Shown: positions 1 through 11,791 of the stretch, in pieces | Layout: every line of letters starts with the position of its first letter | How positions within the stretch are numbered: the stretch's first letter is position 1 | Origin: Calcarisporiella thermophila CBS 279.70 | Taxonomy: Eukaryota; Fungi; Calcarisporiellomycota | DNA length: 64,000 nucleotides | Direction: 5' to 3' | Assembly (NCBI RefSeq): GCF_041956535.1 | Contig: NW_027192216.1 | Location: 138,274-202,273, forward strand | Translations under genes and position numbers: made by a program | Notes under the pieces: model-generated | What the model saw: the letters and a program-made list of their open reading frames with translations, nothing else | Database searches by the model: none | What the model was told of the DNA's origin: nothing

Positions 1-343
1 TAGACAGTAATTTTGAACCTAGAGTGAAAAAAAAAAGAAATCTAACTTAGAAGAAATGCTGAAAAAATGAATAGCTCTGTTTTAATATTGAGACTAACTT
101 ACTCACAAATATCGGGTGGAGATCACCATGCTTATGAAATTATCGGCATTTCTAAAGAAAGGGAGTGTGCATATTGGGTTCAAGAGTGCCATAACTAGTA
201 ATTCTGTAGATGGGTCGGACACCAATATGGCGAGTAGACACCTGTGCAAAGGTATAAAATGTCTCTCCAAAGGAAGCATGTATGATAAATTAATATCTTT
301 ATATAAACAAATCTTTATTTTCATTCATCCCACGATTAACTAA

Positions 344-610
344 ATGAAATCAATATTTAACATTATAATTGCGTCAATATTGGCCTTGTGCGTAATGGCA
401 GCTGTTGAGGTCAATGAAGATTCCGCGTTGCAATCGCCTGAAGCAGCTACAATGGTCAGATGTTCAAATCATGACGGTACTGTTTTAAGTGCTTGTCGAA
501 AATGTTGCAACACATTCTGCGAGAGTGGGAATCCACGAAAACACTGCAGGCAGTGCTGCGAATGGAATGGCTCTGGATGTAATGAACGGCTTGGATGTCG
601 CCGTAACTGA
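344..610 (+). CDS. Small secreted cysteine-rich peptide (signal peptide, acidic propeptide, 10-Cys cationic mature domain)
   Basis: Intronless 88-aa ORF; hydrophobic N-terminus MKSIFNIIIASILALCVMA; acidic linker ending in R; 10 Cys with CRxCC twice; TATATAAA at 300-307. Confidence 0.75.
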   Translation: MKSIFNIIIASILALCVMAAVEVNEDSALQSPEAATMVRCSNHDGTVLSACRKCCNTFCESGNPRKHCRQCCEWNGSGCNERLGCRRN

Positions 611-1630
611 ACAAGATTGTTTATGATATGGGCACGATTTTGATATATACCTATTTATTATATCTGTGTCGATTATAGTCTTAAAACCCTTCCCATTCGT
701 TCAAAAAGATAAATACATCTAATAAATATAATAAGAGATGGCTCTTTATAATTTTTTATACAATTATATTAAATAGAATATATGATTATCAGTGCATAAA
801 AGCATATACAAAAATATTTAATTTACATATTGCAAAGATCATGAAATTGCGCACGTGGGCGAAGTATCAGCGCGATGACGAAAAGATAATTGAAGACCCA
901 AACTCATAACATGCTATCATGAATAAAAGCATCGCATAAGCGTCGGTTTACGTCGTGAACGTGCCAATACGTAAATCACTTACCCTGCATGAAGCCCCTT
1001 TTCTAAAATCGGATCACCTTCGGTCAGTAAGCAAAAAACGAACTGTAGGCTTTACATTTTTGAGTTTGATCAAGCTGTTAGTAGAACAACAAATAGCATT
1101 TTTGGACCCAAATTTTCACGCAAAAACATAGAGTGGTGAAAAATGGGATGCTTGCCTTAAATGAGGCGAGGGAGGTGTGAACACCCATACGCGAATAACA
1201 CTGCCCAACTACTACTTGTTTTGACATGCCGGTGCTCTTTCAACTACTTCCAAGACCGAACTTGCTGTCAAAAATTAAACCGCTGGTAGCAATATTGGAA
1301 TTTGCTTTGAGAAACTAAAGAAGTACGGGGTTTGTCTGTATAATTGCAGCTGGTTAATGCTGCTAAGTACGAACAAGAAATCCAGCCACATGGAGAAGTA
1401 CAACTTTACTAATTTTTAAGCGTCTGCAGAAGTTCCTGTGTGGTTGTTCTATTTTGGTATTTGGCACGAATTAAATTGCCTGCTAAAAATTTCTGAAAAT
1501 AATTCTCAAATCAGCTGCGCCCAGAGGTATACATAGTACTCAGATCCGGACAATGCTATCCAACCCTCATCTCATCTTTTCTATTCATTCTTTCGTTCTT
1601 TAAAAATCCGCCTGGCACATCATAAGAAAA

Positions 1631-3047
1631 ATGAAAGCGCTCATCTTGGTTGGAGGTAGGTTGTAAATCCAAATGCCATATAATTAGCCGATCTAGAATA
1701 TGTTTGACGCGCATCATTAGGATTCGGGACGCGTCTTCGTCCATTAACGCTCACTTACCCAAAACCTTTGGTTGAATTCTGTAATAAGGTACATCTATTC
1801 TAAAGCATCTAAGAGAATGATGATATAACCTATTGTAATTCCAGCCCATGATACTCCATCAAATCGAGGGATTGGTTAAGGCAGGAGTTAGCGACATTGT
1901 ATTAGCTGTGAATTACCGACCTGAAATCATGGTTTCGGTGCTCAAAAAATACGAGGAGAAGTACAATATTAGCATTACCTTTTCCGTTGAGACAGAACCC
2001 CTCGGAACTGGTAATCATGACTTTTATTCCGTCTCGAATTCTTCTCCATTTTTCACATCCCATTTTCTGTTAGCTGGACCACTTGCCCTTGCGCGAGAAA
2101 TCCTCGGCAAAGATGAGTCTCCCTTCTTTGTTCTTAATTCGGATATCATTTGCGACTATCCCTTTGAGCAACTGCGCGATTTCCACGTTTCTCATGGGTG
2201 TGAAGGCACGATCGTCGTCACTAAAGTCGAAGAGCCAAGCAAGTATGGAGTCATCGTGAACAAAACTGACTCCACCTTTATTGAGCGTTTCGTCGAGAAG
2301 CCCCAGGAGTTCATTAGCAATAAGATTAATGCGGGCATCTACATCTTTAACCCTGCCATTTTAGATCGAATTGAGGTGATTGGAGTGCATCCCTTCTTCT
2401 TCTGAGTTTTGTAAGATTTCGTAACACATCCAATCCAACCTAGGTCAAGCCGACTTCAATCGAGAAAGAAATTTTCCCTCGGATGGCAACTGACGGCCAG
2501 CTACATACCTTTGATCTGGAGGGATTTTGGATGGATGTTGGCCAGCCCAAAGACTTCCTCACAGGCACATGTCTATACCTGTCGCATCTGTCAAAACGTC
2601 AGCCGCATTTACTCGCTCCAGCGAGTTCTGGCCTGGCCTATGGCGGCAACGTACTAGTACATCCGTCTGCAAAAATCGGAAAGGATTGTAGGATTGGTCC
2701 AAACGTGGTTATTGGCCCCGATGTCGTTGTGGGCGATGGTGTGAGATTGCAGCGCTGTGTGCTGATGAAAGGGTCAATTGTTAAGGATTACGCCTGGATT
2801 AAATCATCCATTGTTGGTTGGCATTCGACAGTGGGTCGTTGGGTAAGCTTGGCCTATTCTTAACTTCACTAAGGTGCACAGTGGCTAAAATGTACCATTT
2901 TCTTAACTCTACTAGGCACGACTGGAGGGCGTGTCTGTATTGGGTGACGATGTTACCATTCAGGACGAGGTGTATGTAAACGGTGGCTCCATCCTTCCTC
3001 ACAAATCCATTTCCTCCAATATCACTGAGCCACAGATTATCATGTAA
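1631..3047 (+). CDS. MPG1: Mannose-1-phosphate guanylyltransferase (GDP-mannose pyrophosphorylase), multi-exon
   Basis: Spliced N-terminus MKALILVG|[23 protein letters not shown]; EPLGT|AGPLALA; FVEKP; [10 protein letters not shown]; hexapeptide-repeat C-terminus ending [18 protein letters not shown]. Confidence 0.97.
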
Positions 3048-3550
3048 AAAAAAAAGGAAAACGAAAAAGTTAGTTCTTTGAAAATTCTTCTATATCTTGT
3101 TTGCTTTGTTTTTAATAAATAATGCTTATTTTTGCCAACTTGAATTACCTTGTTCTTTGAGAGGCCAACTTTAATACTCTTTTGTAGGATACCTATGTTT
3201 ATTTCATATTATATTTGGCTGAATACACGAAAAATCGAAATGTTTTTTTTTCGCCTTGGGGCGAATATTTTACGTCCACTTGATATTACTTGCTTGTTAC
3301 GAGACCATCGATAGCCATTGACCCGTGAAAAAATCTGGCAGACTCTCGTGGGCGGAAATAAGTTCGATTTTTTTTCTTATTTTCTTTTCTAAAAATTTTT
3401 TCCTCTAAAGACGCGAGAACTTGCGTCATGTGTCTTATTAGAAATGTATTATACCTGTATGAGAGGTTTCCGAACAAGCTTATTAAGTACAAGCAAATAT
3501 GAGATAGAGCTTAAAGAGTTCCGTGATTGGAAGGAATTCGAGTCGTGTTT

Positions 3551-3889
3551 GCTATGTCGAGCAGAAGGTGTGTAGGGACAATCTTGTCCCCGATCACGAA
3601 TCCTTCTTCGACGATGTTGTGAATGTCGACGTCTTTTTTAAATTGGATCGCAATCTCCACGATGTCGCGTCGGGGGTTCTCATCGACAGCGATGATTGCG
3701 TCACCAAATTTGTTTGCGACAGCGGCGAAACTGTCTTCGCGATTAGCGATTCCGGTGAAGTTAAAAAATGATAGCGTCCTTCACCGAGTACGCCCTTTTG
3801 ATCGGCGGGTCAAGTGAAAGGCGGTGTTGATGGTTTATTCCACGTTGAAGGGCTCGAGAGTAATTCATTTTCCTTAGGGAAGGACAATC
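3551..3889 (-). mobile_element. Degenerate fragment resembling the N-terminal region of a fungal LINE ORF1, flanked by a 17-bp direct repeat
   Basis: Minus strand reads ...AYSVKDAIIF/NFTGIANREDSFAAVANKFGDAIIAVDENPRRDIVEIAIQFKKDVDIHNIVEEGFVI with a frameshift in a T run; GAATTCGAGTCGTGTTT at 3534-3550 and 3890-3906. Confidence 0.45.
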
Positions 3890-5214
3890 GAATTCGAGTC
3901 GTGTTTTCATGCACGAAAATTTGCAAAAATTCGGGAATATAGAGTTTAATTACTCTTAAATTTTTGTTACGTGGATTTTGGGGTATACCGTGAAGATTAG
4001 TACGTAAAGAAACAAATGGAAGGTTTTCTTATAAAGAAGAAAATAAGACAATAAATTTCAAGACTATTACTCAATATTAAAAAAAAACTAATCCGCCTCG
4101 CAGTTCACTCACGCTTGAATCTCTCCTTATATAATAAAACTAAACTAAATAGAACGAACTGAATAAGCAAACTGGTTAAACAAATTAATTTAACAAAACA
4201 GAACAAACTTGAATAAAATTATCAAAGTGCTAGTAATTTGCCGAAAGGTTATTAAAGTAACATAAAATTAATTGTGCATAAAGCTAAAGAAGAAAAGAGG
4301 TTTATTTTTTTAACTTGTGGCGCAGTTATGACTGTCTGTATGAAATATCGACATTCCCGTAATGTTTTTGTTAGAATCTGCGTAGTACATGCGAGGATAG
4401 TTAAGATAATTACTGGTTTATTAAACAAGAATACTATCTGGAACTTAGGATGTTTCCTTTACTATAGCGGGAGTTCTGTTCAATATATACTAAAAGAATT
4501 CCATTACAACGATTACTTAATAATGCTCCGATAATGCTCCGAAATAGCAGGGCTTGAGGGATTACGTGGCTTGGCTTGGTTGTCCTACTGCAGATATCTC
4601 GATACGATTCCAACATTTTAAGATTTCTCGAATGTCTCGGTTAAAAAAGCGGACTGTTTTCGAGCTTTGCTGGTTCAAATCGTATGTTCTGGAAATTTTT
4701 GTTACGCGAACTTCTTAGATCCATTGACTCTCTTTCCATAAGAGAACACCCATAGTCAATGCTTGAGTCATGGTTTCGCAATATAAAATTCCGCTGTAGA
4801 GTTCGGCTGTCAATCCATTGCTTCTTCCAGTCTTTGGAAGAGCAAGGCTCGTGGAGGATGGAACTCCTAAATGAAATGAGCTTTGTCCTTCCAGTGCTTT
4901 GCAACTCTGTTGGGATATATCCTTTTGGTCAACTTTGTGCCTTTATGGTCGCTTGAAATGCACTCGGGATTATTGTGTAGATTTTGATAGGATCGAGTTG
5001 ACCTTCTCTTGGTTTTAGATAATAAAATCGTGATCCAGGAGATTTAACCTAAATTATTATACGAACGCCGATATTAAATTTGGGCTTGGCCTTTCTTCCC
5101 AGGGCTTCAACCTGTTACGAGAATATATTCTCGGCACCAGAATTGTGATTGAATCCATTTATTTTCTTGCTAGCAGAAAATCCTGAAGAAACAGAATAAC
5201 AAAATTTTCTAAAT

Positions 5215-6464
5215 ATGCCTATTGAACAGCACATCATTGATGACTCTCATGGAATCACGCAATTTACCCTCACTTCCTCTCAGTTGACGGTAAAAATTAT
5301 GAATTATGGTGCCACAATTACACATATTCTCGTTCCTGACCGCAATGGTACCTTGCGTGACATCGCGCTGGGTTTTGACACGTATGATGAATACGTCAAG
5401 GATTCACATTACTTTGGGGCCGTGGTCGGACGTTACGCGAATAGGTAGGTTACATTCTATTTGAACAGCAGTGTACACACGGACCAGTAAATAGAAAAAA
5501 ATAATTATTTGATTCGTATGTTTAATAGGATTGGCAAAGGGGAATTTGTGCTTGATGGGAAACATTATCGCGTCCCTGTCAATAATGGCCCGAACTCGTT
5601 GCATGGTGGAATCAATGGCTTCGACAAGAAAATTTGGAATTTTACCATAGTGTCTCAAGATCCACCCGCAATCCGCTTCACATATTTGTCTTCTGATGGA
5701 GAGGAGGGCTATCCAGGAATGGTGCGCGCCATTGTCACCTACAGCATTACAAATAATATCCTTACGCTCTGCTATGAGGCAGCACTTGCCGACTCAAATC
5801 CTTCTTCTAAAACCGTCATCAATCTGACCAACCACACGTATTTCAATCTTTCTGGTTTGAGCAACAGCTCGGTTCTCGATCATACGGTGGAGATGAACTC
5901 TGACAAGTATCTTGAACTAGACCAGAATAGCCTCCCGACTGGAAAAGTGCTTCCTGTAGATGAGATAATGAGTTTCCAAGGAAACTGCAAGGGTAAAGCT
6001 ATCGGTAAGCACTTGAAAATGATACCCGGGGGAGGATATGATCATTGTTATGTGGTGGGCGAAGTGGATATGAAGAGTGTTGATGCAGTTGCGTCCCAAC
6101 CATTGCGAGAGGCCGTGACTGTAACTTCACCTGGAACGGGTATATCCGTTACGATGAAAACTACTGAACCTGGTATATTTACTTTTTGTACCGTCATTTT
6201 CTTTGTTTCTGCTCATATTCACCATCTATTTCTCGAGTAGGATTCCAATTTTATACGGCCAATTTTGTCTCGAATGTAGCCTCTAAAGCATCCACTCAAG
6301 CACATGCTGGAAAAAGAGTTGCACTAGGTCCACATTGCGCATTTTGTCTGGAAGCCCAACGTTTTCCTGACGCGCCCAACAAAGAGGCCTGGAGTGGACA
6401 GGTGGTGCTCTCAGCAGGTATGAAATACACTCAAAAAACGCAATACATTTTTGAAACGAAATAA
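5215..6464 (+). CDS. GALM: Aldose 1-epimerase (galactose mutarotase), 3 exons
   Basis: Motifs NYGATITHI, YFGAVVGRYANR|IGKG, NSLHGG, DGEEGYPG, NLTNHTYFNL, GGYDHCY, TTEP|GFQFYTAN, AFCLEAQRFPDAPN. Confidence 0.95.
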
Positions 6465-6499
6465 TTTTTCTTCTTTAATAATGGGATATATAATAAATT

Positions 6500-6860
6500 T
6501 CAATTGTTTATTGATCGAGGATTACAATTCATTCAAGATTAAACCCGGAAGATTAACCTAAGGAGCAAAATATGAAAAAAAAAACCGTTAGAATATTTGA
6601 CCAAAACTTCAAATAAGCTATCAAGTGACAGATAGGTATCCGACAGGGGCGAAAATTGTCTTCTTGGAGTTTAATGTTCTCAAAGACAAGAGAGAACATA
6701 TCAGTTGAACTATGTTATCTTCATAGTGCCTTATTTTCTGGCAACAGCACACTACGTGGCTATACAATACATACCTTGTGAATAGGTGTGAGAGAGAGGA
6801 AGATAGGTATAAAGAGTAGATTAGAAAAAGAGAGAAAACAAGAGATAAGGTGTAGAGAAG
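6500..6860 (-). ncRNA. Spliced non-coding snoRNA host transcript (single intron 6774-6558)
   Basis: Minus-strand TATATAAA (6873-6880), pyrimidine-rich first exon, AAG|GTATGT donor at 6774, TTCTAAC branch, poly-U tract, CCTTAG acceptor at 6558, AATAAA at 6507-6512; no credible ORF in the exons. Transcript ends approximate. Confidence 0.7.
6632..6734 (-). ncRNA. snR60: Box C/D snoRNA, snR60/U80-like (guides LSU rRNA Am817 and Gm908, yeast numbering)
   Basis: C box ATGAAGA (6724-6718); guide CATAGTTCA followed by A and D' CTGA, complementary to LSU UGAACUAUG; internal hairpin ATGTTCTC/GAGAACAT; guide TTTCGCCCCTGT plus variant D box CGGA (6642-6639), complementary to LSU AUAGGGGCGAAA. Confidence 0.85.
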
Positions 6861-7074
6861 AAAACAAATCTCTTTATATAATACTGTAAACACCACGTCA
6901 TATGTGACTGAATATTTCAACGGTACTGAATTCAATTTCAGTCGAAATGAGTTTCAATGACTAAGTTTAATTCTCTCGGTTATTAAAACTAGTACCCTTC
7001 AATTTTTTTCTTTACAAAACTTGAATTTTTTTCTTTTTCCTACATCACCTTCCATTTTCTCTAATTTTTTCCAA

Positions 7075-8219
7075 ATGTCTCTAGTTTCTAGTATTCGTAC
7101 TCGTGTTCTATTAAACACTTCCTTTTGCCCTACGATTTATTGCCGAGGTCTTTCTACGGCAACTAGGCCAAAACATCTTGTTACCCTTGCCGACTGGTCT
7201 GCACCTCATATCCATGAGCTGCTTGTATCAGCTATGGCTCATAAACATCGTGTTAAAAATACAGTTGTGGAAGGAACAAAGCCCCTTGCTGGTAAAACTC
7301 TGGCAGTAATATTCAATAAACGTTCGACTCGCACGCGTGTTGCCACTGAGAGCGCAATGGCCCTATTAGGTATACGGTGAATTGTTACAACTATAATATT
7401 TGTGTCTAATTCCTTCTAATTTCTTGTGTAAAAGGTGGCCACCCAATGTTCCTCAGTCCTCAGGATATTCAACTTGGAGTTAATGAGACGCTTTATGATA
7501 CCGCCAAAGTAGTTTCCAGTATGACTGATGGCATTATGGCACGGGTTGGACCCCATTCAGACATCGAAACCCTTGCACAAAACTCTACCGTGCCAGTTAT
7601 TAACGCACTTTCCGATAAATATCATCCCACCCAGATACTTGCCGATCTTGTCACGCTTCACGAACACTTTGGCGTACAGAAAAAAGGAAATAGCTTTGTG
7701 CCGCACCAACATCACCCAACTGAGGTATTGCCGGGATTGCGCGTCGCGTGGGTTGGAGATGGGAATAATATTCTGCACAGTATGTTGGTTACATACCCGA
7801 AATTGGGAATTCATCTTTCTGCCGCTTTTCCGCATGGCTATGCCCCGGCTGAAGATGTGGTTGGGATCGCAAAAAAGGAGGCTAATGCCAATGGTACAGA
7901 GCTAAATTTCACACATATCCCGGAGGAAGCGGTGAAAGGAGCAGACGTAATTGTCACGGATACATGGGTTAGCATGGGTCAGGAAGAAGAAAAGAAGCGC
8001 CGTCTTCAGGATTTCAAGGGCTTCCAGGTGACCATGGAGCTTGCGAAGCGGGGCGGAGCGAAAGATGGCTGGAAATTTATGCACTGTTTACCACGGAAGC
8101 AGGAGGAAGTTGACGACGAAGTCTTTTATTCACCAGACAGATCGCTAGTCTTCCCCGAGGCAGAAAATCGCAAATGGACGATTCTTGCGGTGCTGGAAGC
8201 ATTACTTGTAAAGAAATAG
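7075..8219 (+). CDS. ARG3: Ornithine carbamoyltransferase with mitochondrial-type presequence, 2 exons
   Basis: FNKRSTRTR carbamoyl-phosphate motif, [36 protein letters not shown]; Arg/Ser-rich N-terminal extension. Confidence 0.97.
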
Positions 8220-8362
8220 AGAGATTGGCTATGGGATAAATCTTATGGAGAAAAAAAACTTATATTCATTCTTATTTACAATTAAAATGCCTTTCTTTAC
8301 AGTTGATTTAAAAGAACTCTCAGCATTGTGACAAAATAATAATGGCAGAAGAAGATAGTATT

Positions 8363-9894
8363 CTACAATTTTGTGTCCTGCCGTAGGATATCATCTCTTA
8401 AGCGACTGTGAAGTCGCTCAAGGCGTTGGTTAATTTCTAGAAAAGGCCCCGTACTGGCAGAGCCAGGGGGAACAACAACACCCCCAGGAGGAGGGGAGGG
8501 CGCTGATGCTGCTGCCATAGCACTTGCACTCGCTGTTGCAGTCAGAAGCGAATCCAGGAGTCTCCCCGTATCCTTTCGTTGACGAGCCCCACCTGGACCA
8601 CCTCCACTACTGCCGGGAGTCCCAGAGGAGCCATTCGGTCCTCCACCATGGGTCTTTATATTCAAGCTTCCAACCATATCTGCAAGACGAATTACCATCC
8701 GTCTGATGGAATCCATCTGCTCGATGAGCTCGAAATTTTCTGCGCAAAGCTTGTAAATTTGCTCTTTCTTCATCACTTCCTCCTCTATCAGCAAGTCTAC
8801 CATGTGTTTTGTGCGCTCATGTTCGCGTATGAGTATGTCATATGGCGCTGCCATCTCAGCATCATCCCCCGCAGTGTTGTTACTTGAGGAAGGAACACGC
8901 AATGGTCCTTGGATGGTTCCAAAATATCCGTCTAAAAAATCCGCTACCCCGCTCATCGCCTCTCCAATTCTCTCCACATCCTGCTCAAGATCGCTGACTT
9001 TATGTTTCAAATTCGTATTTTCCTCTTCAAGGGCTCTCTTGCTCTCCGCCATTTCTTGAAGCTGTTTACTCTGCTGGTCATAGATTGCGAAAAATCCCTT
9101 TATCGCCTCATATGCGCAAACTTTGATGTGGGCAGATAGTTCGGGCTGGAGACCGGACCATGGACAGCCACGTGCAGCATGCGGGCACTCACAAGGGAGC
9201 TGAGGGCATTCGGCAAGATGTGTATCAAATCCACCCAGAGGACCAGTTTTTTTACAATGAGGGCAGCTCACTAATTTAGCAGGACATCTCTCTTTGTGAG
9301 CCTATAAATAAACGAATATATGAGAGATCAGTTGGGCGTAATAATGATCTAGTAACAAGTTGGTAGTAACCTCCAGATCCTTGACCAGCACTTGCTCTAT
9401 GCACGCATCACATTTTACGGTTCTCCACTCGCATTGATTTTGCAAGTGCTCCGCGAGATCCCTTTTTGGCACCATTTCTTTACATTCTGCCCTGGTACAG
9501 GGAATTAGCATAAAGCTACAGCTTCGCAGATGCACGGTCATATGCTGGCGCTGATTGATATGATCACAGCCGGTAAACCGGTTGGGGCAATACACTTTGA
9601 GTTCGTTAACCATGTTTCGTACGATTTTGTCCGAAGGAATCAAGGCAGATTGGGTCAGGTTGGAACGATCGACGGGGCATTGGGATTTGAGCTCAAGGGC
9701 ACGATTTATGCATGAACGACAAAATGTATGGCTTGAAATAGGAATGAAATTACATGTGGAAATAATAAAAAAATCAAATCAATGAAAAAGACTTACCCAC
9801 ATGGTGACAATACGGGATCTACAAAGGGCTCAGTGCAAATGCAACAAATGAGATTGGAATTAACGGTATCTATATATTCAAATGTCGGCTGCAT
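8363..9894 (-). CDS. RING finger + TRAF-type zinc-finger protein with coiled coil (TRAF-like E3 ligase), 3 exons
   Basis: MQPTFEYIDTVNSNLICCICTEPFVDPVLSPCG|HTFCRSCI...CPVDR (C3HC4 RING), then several C-x-C-x-H-x-C TRAF fingers and a heptad region; no MATH domain visible. Confidence 0.88.
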
Positions 9895-9951
9895 CGGTTA
9901 TATTGGCATTCAGGTTATCCATTTCTTTCTCAACTCTGTGCATATGAAAAC

Positions 9952-9993
9952 TGAGTATTACTCATGCTCAACTTAGCCACTTGAGTAACGTCA
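9952..9993. promoter_or_regulatory. Cluster of AP-1/Yap response-like elements in the 198-bp divergent promoter
   Basis: TGAGTATTACTCA quasi-palindrome (9952-9964) containing TTACTCA; TGAGTAA at 9982-9988; ACGTCA at 9988-9993. Confidence 0.4.
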
Positions 9994-10092
9994 CCAGTAG
10001 ATCTTATTTCTCATGACGAGTCTCATCAATTCTTTACTCTTCGATTCCAAACTCTTCGTTCATTTTGAAATTTCAATCGAGACACCAGATCA

Positions 10093-11468
10093 ATGGAAAA
10101 CATCACAGCGGAGAATTTTGCAGACACAGTCGCTTGGGATTTCTCTGAATTTGGGCTTGATGCCGAATCACAACGCCTACTCGCTGCCGCACTTGCAAGC
10201 AATTCCATTCAAAATTTGTCTAATGCCGTAATTGATAAGCGAAAGAGCGATGCCGTGGACGGCTTAATCCAGAATGAACCCGCTAAATTATCTCGTAATT
10301 CTTCATTGTTTAATTGATTTTAAAATCTGTGCCTCCCTCCTAATATTTTCCTCTTGATCAAGATCACGAGCATAACTCATCAATACCGCATTCCGAACAA
10401 GCTGACAACGGTTTGTATCTTACACCGCCACTAGTGTGCCATATAGATTTCATATACTTACCTATATAACCAGATACTGGAAGTAGCAATTATAATTTGA
10501 AAAAACCGGGACGTAAGCCTATCGTTTCATCACCAGAAGCAGATCTCAAAGACAAATCAACAGTATGTTCACTTTGGGTTTTTCTATCTGAATCGCTTTA
10601 AAATTGCTGACCTTTCCTCAATAGAAACGCAAAGCACAAAATAGAGCAGCACAACGTGCTTTCCGTGAACGCAAGGAAAAGTATGTAAAGGAGCTTGAGG
10701 ACCGCATTAAGGAGCTGGAAAAGAATGAGACAAAAAGTTCACAGCTCGAGGAAGAGAACAAAAAGTTACGAGAGATTATTCAGCAATTACAAGATGAAAA
10801 TAATTCTCTTAAATCTGATTTCACGTTCGAATTCCCTCTCCAAGGACATAATAAAGATACACCACTTGAGCCCGTTCGAAGCCTCTCTTTCCCAACCTCC
10901 TCATCCGACTCTGGCACACCGTTATCCTCTAGCGACCTGAATAACACACCCGAAACTTGCTCTACGTCGCCAGAGACCGATGCAATCAAATCATTCACGG
11001 ATAAACGACCCAATGACCTGCTCTTTGATTCCTTACAAAATGCATCGCTATTCAACACCTTTGAGGATGCGCCATTATTCCCCAACGATTCACTACTCTC
11101 CAATGGATTACCACTATTTGACATGGCAGGGTTGGCGGATGTATCCCCAAGCGAATCCTCACCATTGGACGAATTCGTTAAAATCGAGAATAAGTCAGAG
11201 ACTGAGGAGACGAAGGAGGTAGTTTCGCATCAAGAGGCATGGAACATCCTCGTCCAGCATCCCAAATTTGATGAAGTGGATCTGGATAGCTTGTGCAGTG
11301 AGGTGCGTATTTCTTTCGATTTTTTTTCCTTCTTGGATAGGCTAGTCTTACATCTCTCTTCTACTCTCCTTTTCATTGTAGTTCACGGAGAAGTGCAAAG
11401 CCAAATACTGCGCGACGTTAGAGAAAGAAGTGATGGATAAATTAATTCAGAAGCTGGATACACACTGA
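10093..11468 (+). CDS. Yap1/Pap1-like bZIP transcription factor with C-terminal cysteine-rich domain, multi-exon
   Basis: KKPGRKP; KRKAQNRAAQRAFRERKEKYVKELE basic region with leucine zipper; FTFEFP; C-terminal AWNILVQHPKFDEVDLDSLCSE|FTEKCKAKYC (PAP1-type c-CRD). Confidence 0.9.
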
Positions 11469-11791
11469 TGTATTTTGAATGAATGTTTTTTATCCTAATA
11501 TATTCGCACTTTTTTCTTATTTATTTGAGCCATCGTATTTTTCGTCTTTTTTGTTCAGTTTTTGTAAGAAATTTCTTTGCCCTTAGTATCCCAGTAGCTA
11601 ATTAAACGTTCAAGATCGGTTTGCCGAAGTAATCCCTCAGGGCTTGGCACAAAATCAAACGGAAAAATTCCCTGTATCCCTACCTATCCCCCCGCCCTAT
11701 TCCTTTTTCTCGCCACCTCATCCAATTTCCTTCTAATAGAACAGAAGCGTTTTTAGATTTCCTACATCCCACGCCTTCTGATTCTAGCAAC

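Noticed and set aside
4620-4990. Protein-like minus-strand stretch
   Set aside because: No recognisable domain or splice structure; may be a decayed TE but cannot be supported.
6621-6935. 104-aa minus-strand ORF
   Set aside because: Non-ATG start and low-complexity pyrimidine-derived residues; it crosses the TATA box, splice donor and snoRNA of the non-coding host.
6893-6964. Gcn4-type sites upstream of ARG3 (TGACTAA at 6958, TGACTG at 6905)
   Set aside because: Only imperfect matches to TGA(C/G)TCA; biologically plausible but not distinguishable from chance.
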